This document shows, one piece after another, positions 60,569 to 64,000 of a stretch of DNA of 64,000 nt. The stretch lies in NCBI GenBank assembly GCA_963832495.1, contig CAWHUF010000007.1, positions 21,821 to 85,820 of the forward strand, in the 5' to 3' direction. The stretch comes from an uncultured Acidobacteriota bacterium (GTDB lineage Bacteria > Acidobacteriota > Thermoanaerobaculia > Multivoradales > UBA5704). The stretch's first letter is position 1. The number at the start of each line of letters is the position of its first letter. A program made the position numbers and the translations under genes. The notes under the pieces were generated by a model, which was given only the letters and a program-made list of their open reading frames with translations, made no database searches and was not told where the DNA came from.

Positions 60569-61983
60569 ACGGCCCACGGAAGGTCGTCTTCTACAACCCG
60601 CGGGCGGTCTTCTACACCATGCCCCTGGCGCTCGTCGCCATCGGCTCCCATCTCGATCCGGAACGCTACGAGGTGGTGATCGTGGACGGCCGCCTCGAAG
60701 CCGATCCGGTCGCCGCCGTCCGCGCCCACCTGGACGGCGCCCTCTGTCTGGGGGTGACCGTGCTGACCGGCGCGCCCATCGCGGACGCCATCGCCGTCTC
60801 CCGCGCCGCCAAGGCCCGAAATCCCGATCTACCTATCATCTGGGGCGGCTGGCACCCCTCCATGTTCGGCCGCGAGTGCCTGGAAGAGCCGAGCGTGGAC
60901 GTGACCGTCCAGGCCCAGGGCGAGATCACCTTCCACGACATCTGCGACCGGCTGGCGGCGGGGGAATCCCTTGAAGGCTGCCCCGGCTGCGCATACCGGA
61001 CCACGGACGGCGAGGTGAAGCAGAACCCGCCGCGTCCCCTCCAGGACCTCAACCGCCTGCGCCCCCACGACTACCGTCTCCTGCCCGTCGAGCGCTATTA
61101 CGGCTTGAAGGGCAAGCGCCAGCTCGACTACATCTCCTCCCAGGGCTGCGCCTTCCGCTGCGCCTTCTGCGCGGACCCCTTCGTCTACAACCGCAAGTGG
61201 GTGGGCCTGGAGCCGGAGAGGATGGGCGAGGAGATCGAGACCCTCTGGCATCGCTACCGATTCGACGACCTCTCCTTCCAGGACGAGACCTACTTCACCT
61301 ACGCCCCGCGCGTCGAAGCCGTGGCGGACGAGTTCCTCCAGCGCGGCCTCCCCATCACCTGGGCCGCCACCATGAGGGCCGACCAGGGTGCGCGCCTTCC
61401 CGAAGACGCAATGGCGAAATGCAAGCGCTCCGGCCTGAGAAGAGTGATCATCGGCGTCGAATCCGGCTCCCAGGAGATGATGGACAGGATCAAGAAAGAC
61501 ATCAAATTGGAGCAGGTTTTCGAAAGCGCCGAGAAGTGCCTGCGCCACGGCGTCAACGTGATCTTCCCCTTCATCGTCGGCTTCCCTGGCGAGAGCGACG
61601 AGAGCGTCCAGGCCTCCCTCGACGTGGCCAAGCGCCTGAGGGCCCTCTCCCCCGGCTTCGAGACCCCCATCTTCTACTTCAAGCCCTACCCCGGCTCGGC
61701 CCTCACGGACGACGCCGTCCGCGACGGCTACCTCCTCCCCCAGACCCTGGACGATTGGGCCCGCTTCGACTTCATCGGCTCCGCCGGCCCCTGGGTGAGC
61801 CCCGAAAGGCACCGGCTCATCGAGCGCTTCAAGTTCTACCAGCGCATCGCCTGGAACCGGACGGCCTCCTGGAAGCGCCCCGTCCAAGCTCTCGCCCGCT
61901 GGCGCCTGGAGAGGGACGCCTACGGCCTGCCGGTCGAGAAGATGCTCGGCGACTGGCTGTGGCCGCAGGCGGAGATGTCGTGA
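60565..61983 (+). CDS. B12-binding radical SAM protein
   Basis: PLALVAIGS, WGGWHPS, QGCAFRCAFC, FQDE, GVESGSQ, VGFPGE, PYPGS. Confidence 0.9.
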   Translation: MNGPRKVVFYNPRAVFYTMPLALVAIGSHLDPERYEVVIVDGRLEADPVAAVRAHLDGALCLGVTVLTGAPIADAIAVSRAAKARNPDLPIIWGGWHPSMFGRECLEEPSVDVTVQAQGEITFHDICDRLAAGESLEGCPGCAYRTTDGEVKQNPPRPLQDLNRLRPHDYRLLPVERYYGLKGKRQLDYISSQGCAFRCAFCADPFVYNRKWVGLEPERMGEEIETLWHRYRFDDLSFQDETYFTYAPRVEAVADEFLQRGLPITWAATMRADQGARLPEDAMAKCKRSGLRRVIIGVESGSQEMMDRIKKDIKLEQVFESAEKCLRHGVNVIFPFIVGFPGESDESVQASLDVAKRLRALSPGFETPIFYFKPYPGSALTDDAVRDGYLLPQTLDDWARFDFIGSAGPWVSPERHRLIERFKFYQRIAWNRTASWKRPVQALARWRLERDAYGLPVEKMLGDWLWPQAEMS

Positions 61984-61984
61984 T

Positions 61985-62640
61985 CTTCCCGGGAAGTCGT
62001 CGCAAAATCTCTGGGCATTGCGGCAAAGAAGGAGGGATGGCCACAACGTCTCGGGAAGGTGTTGCAATCTCCGCGGACCTCGTCGCGACGTCCCGGGAAG
62101 CCGCCGTTCGATCCGCCTACCGGCTGGTAGCTCTCCGAGAAGTCATCGCTCCATCAGCTTACCGGAAGACCACTTCTCCGGAAGTCGCAGCTCCGTCTGC
62201 TTATCTGCGATAACTTCTCCGGAAGCCGTGGCTCGATCAGCTTATCTGTTGACAACTTCCCGGGAAGCCATCGCTCTGTCGGCTGACCGGATGGCGACTT
62301 CTCCAGAAGTTGCTGCTCTGTCGGCTTATCTGAGGCGACTTTTCCGGAGACCACGGCTCCATCAACCTACCTGCTGACAGCTTCCCGAAAAGTCGCCGTT
62401 CCATCCGCTTCTCGGATGACAACGTCGCCGGAAGTCGTTGCTCCGTCCGCTTATCTGCGGCAACTTCTCTGGAAGTCGCGGCTCCGTCTGCTTATCGGCT
62501 CGCCACTTCTCCAGAAGCAGCCGATCCGTCGCCTTCTGGTGGGACGACTTCCTCAGACGGAGTCACAAGGTTCCGGGACCTTGCGGCTCCGTCCTCGGAC
62601 CTTGCGACGGCTTCTCTCGAAGTTGCGACAGTTTTTCCTT
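61985..62640. repeat. Degenerate 42-nt-period tandem repeat array
   Basis: Recurrent ACTTCTCCGGAAGTCG..GCTCCGTC.GCTTATCTG units between convergent genes. Confidence 0.75.
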
Positions 62641-62660
62641 CTCCCGACACACGCTCGGAG

Positions 62661-64000
62661 TCACGAAGGTGGAGACAACCACCGTGAGGTATCTCCCGTC
62701 TCGAAGCCGTCTTCGAAGATCAGGACGGGCAGGTCGGAGCCGGGGACCTCGATGATCACTGTCTCCGAGTCCGAGAGGGATGGCGTGCCGTTGTCCGTAA
62801 CTGTAAAGACAAGAGAGTGAACCGCCGGGCCCTGGTTGCTGGACGGCGTCCAGCAGAAACGTGCCGAGCTCGGGCTGAGCGGGACCAGGGAGGTCCCCGT
62901 GAGAGCTGGCGAGAACGAGAACGACAGAGTATGGCCATTGGGATCGCTGGCGCTCAGATTCAGGCAAAGCTGAGCCCCCACTCTCACCATCCAGGGTCCA
63001 CCGATCGGCGCCAGGACAGGGGGCTGGTTCATCTCGGACACGGTGATGAACCGGACCGGGGCCTCGTTGTTACCCTCGTTGCTCTCGCCGATCAGCCCGT
63101 CCGGATCGACGACCATCCGAATGGCGTGCGTTCCCGGTGTATCTGGGTAGACGATCGGTAAGCTGAAGTCCTGCGAATGGTTGATGTCTCCCCGTACCTC
63201 GGCATAAACGCGGTCGTAGAGAACTTGCGTCTGCCCCTGAACGTCCATCAACACTCGAAAGTACGGCAGTCCCGGGGCTGGCAATGGAGGAGAGGCGGCG
63301 AAGCCATCTCCGGTGTTACGCGGCGTAATTTGCAGATTGTAGACCGTCCTCGGTGGGCGTGGATTGCTGAGAGTGTTGCCGACATTCAAAAGGAAATCCG
63401 GTTGCGCCTGGTTGACCACCGAGATCCGTTGCTGATCGAGAAAAGAATTGACGTTCGAGGTACCAGTCACCTCAATGAAGTAGTCGCCCGTGGGCAGATC
63501 CTCATCGGCCCCGAAGCTGCGGTCACAGCTACCCGCCCGGCCCGCTGCGAGGCAGCCCATGATGCACTGAAACGGGGCGCCGCCCAGGATTGACATGTTC
63601 CGGGTGTTGAGCACACGAAAGGTCAGAATCACATTGCAGACGATTTGTGACCCGAAGTTCGCGACCTCAAAGAGGATCTCCGCGTGCTCGTCCGACTCGA
63701 AAACACCGTCGCCATCGGTATCGGAGGTCACTCCCGCCGCCAGATACCTGAGGGATGTTCCGGTGACGCTGGTGTCGTTCTTGACTTCGATGATGAAGCT
63801 TCTTTGCCCGGCGGTAGGCTCCGAGGCGGCCAGCGTCACGTATACGTCGTCGGTGCTGCTATGGTTCAGGCGAGCCCGAAGCTCGACCTCGCCGAGAACC
63901 TCTCCCGCCGGGATGAAGATCTCACTCAGGCCGGTGAGCTCACCCGGAGGCGTCTGCGTGAGGGTGACCGTCCGGTCGACTGGCACAGGCTTCTCGAACC
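62661..64000 (-). CDS. Large secreted/surface protein (3' part): CARDB-like and Ig/cadherin-like domains, C-terminal IFEDGFETGD motif; runs off the window
   Basis: VVDPDGLIGESNEGNN (CARDB), NQPPVLAPIG..ASDPNG..FTVTDNGTPSLSDSETV; terminal LIFEDGFETGDTSRW. Confidence 0.8.
   Translation of the reverse strand, partial: FEKPVPVDRTVTLTQTPPGELTGLSEIFIPAGEVLGEVELRARLNHSSTDDVYVTLAASEPTAGQRSFIIEVKNDTSVTGTSLRYLAAGVTSDTDGDGVFESDEHAEILFEVANFGSQIVCNVILTFRVLNTRNMSILGGAPFQCIMGCLAAGRAGSCDRSFGADEDLPTGDYFIEVTGTSNVNSFLDQQRISVVNQAQPDFLLNVGNTLSNPRPPRTVYNLQITPRNTGDGFAASPPLPAPGLPYFRVLMDVQGQTQVLYDRVYAEVRGDINHSQDFSLPIVYPDTPGTHAIRMVVDPDGLIGESNEGNNEAPVRFITVSEMNQPPVLAPIGGPWMVRVGAQLCLNLSASDPNGHTLSFSFSPALTGTSLVPLSPSSARFCWTPSSNQGPAVHSLVFTVTDNGTPSLSDSETVIIEVPGSDLPVLIFEDGFETGDTSRWLSPPS

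Noticed and set aside
61985-62640. Possible CRISPR array or real coding ORFs (62018, 62416, 62438)
   Set aside because: A degenerate tandem repeat with no constant repeat/spacer alternation; the ORFs are low-complexity products of the repeat.

Overview
GC-rich bacterial DNA. The gene families and repeat style suggest Acidobacteriota, probably Thermoanaerobaculia (inference). Many GC-rich genes are split by single-base frameshifts that look like long-read or assembly errors. No rRNA, tRNA, CRISPR array or intact transposase/integrase was seen. The standout is a visibly lower-GC, frameshift-free, tightly coupled 8-gene operon at about 2137-8073. It encodes an acyl-carrier-like protein, an XRE HTH, an ImmA/IrrE metallopeptidase, a divergent thymidylate-synthase-fold protein, a dCTP-deaminase/dUTPase-fold domain with substituted deaminase residues fused to a coiled coil and TM helix, a dTMP-kinase-like P-loop protein, an aGPT-Pplase1/5-hmdU-kinase-helical-type protein, and a phage-like dUMP (hydroxy)methylase. 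I read it as a candidate pyrimidine-modification or modified-nucleotide-signalling defence system (inference). Other blocks: a HipA-like kinase/DUF3037 pair; an AroD-AroE/ACAD/2OG/LLM cluster; a glycosyltransferase cluster; an HTH/TPR/'IDPNG' peptide module; ald; a TonB receptor; a VioB-like protein; a tandem PhyH gene with a palindromic repeat as its in-frame linker; a giant MnxG-like multicopper oxidase with a beta-propeller partner; a cluster of 4 radical-SAM and 2 methyltransferase genes; and several palindromic or 21/42-nt repeat elements. All family calls come from motif recognition by eye; no searches were run.
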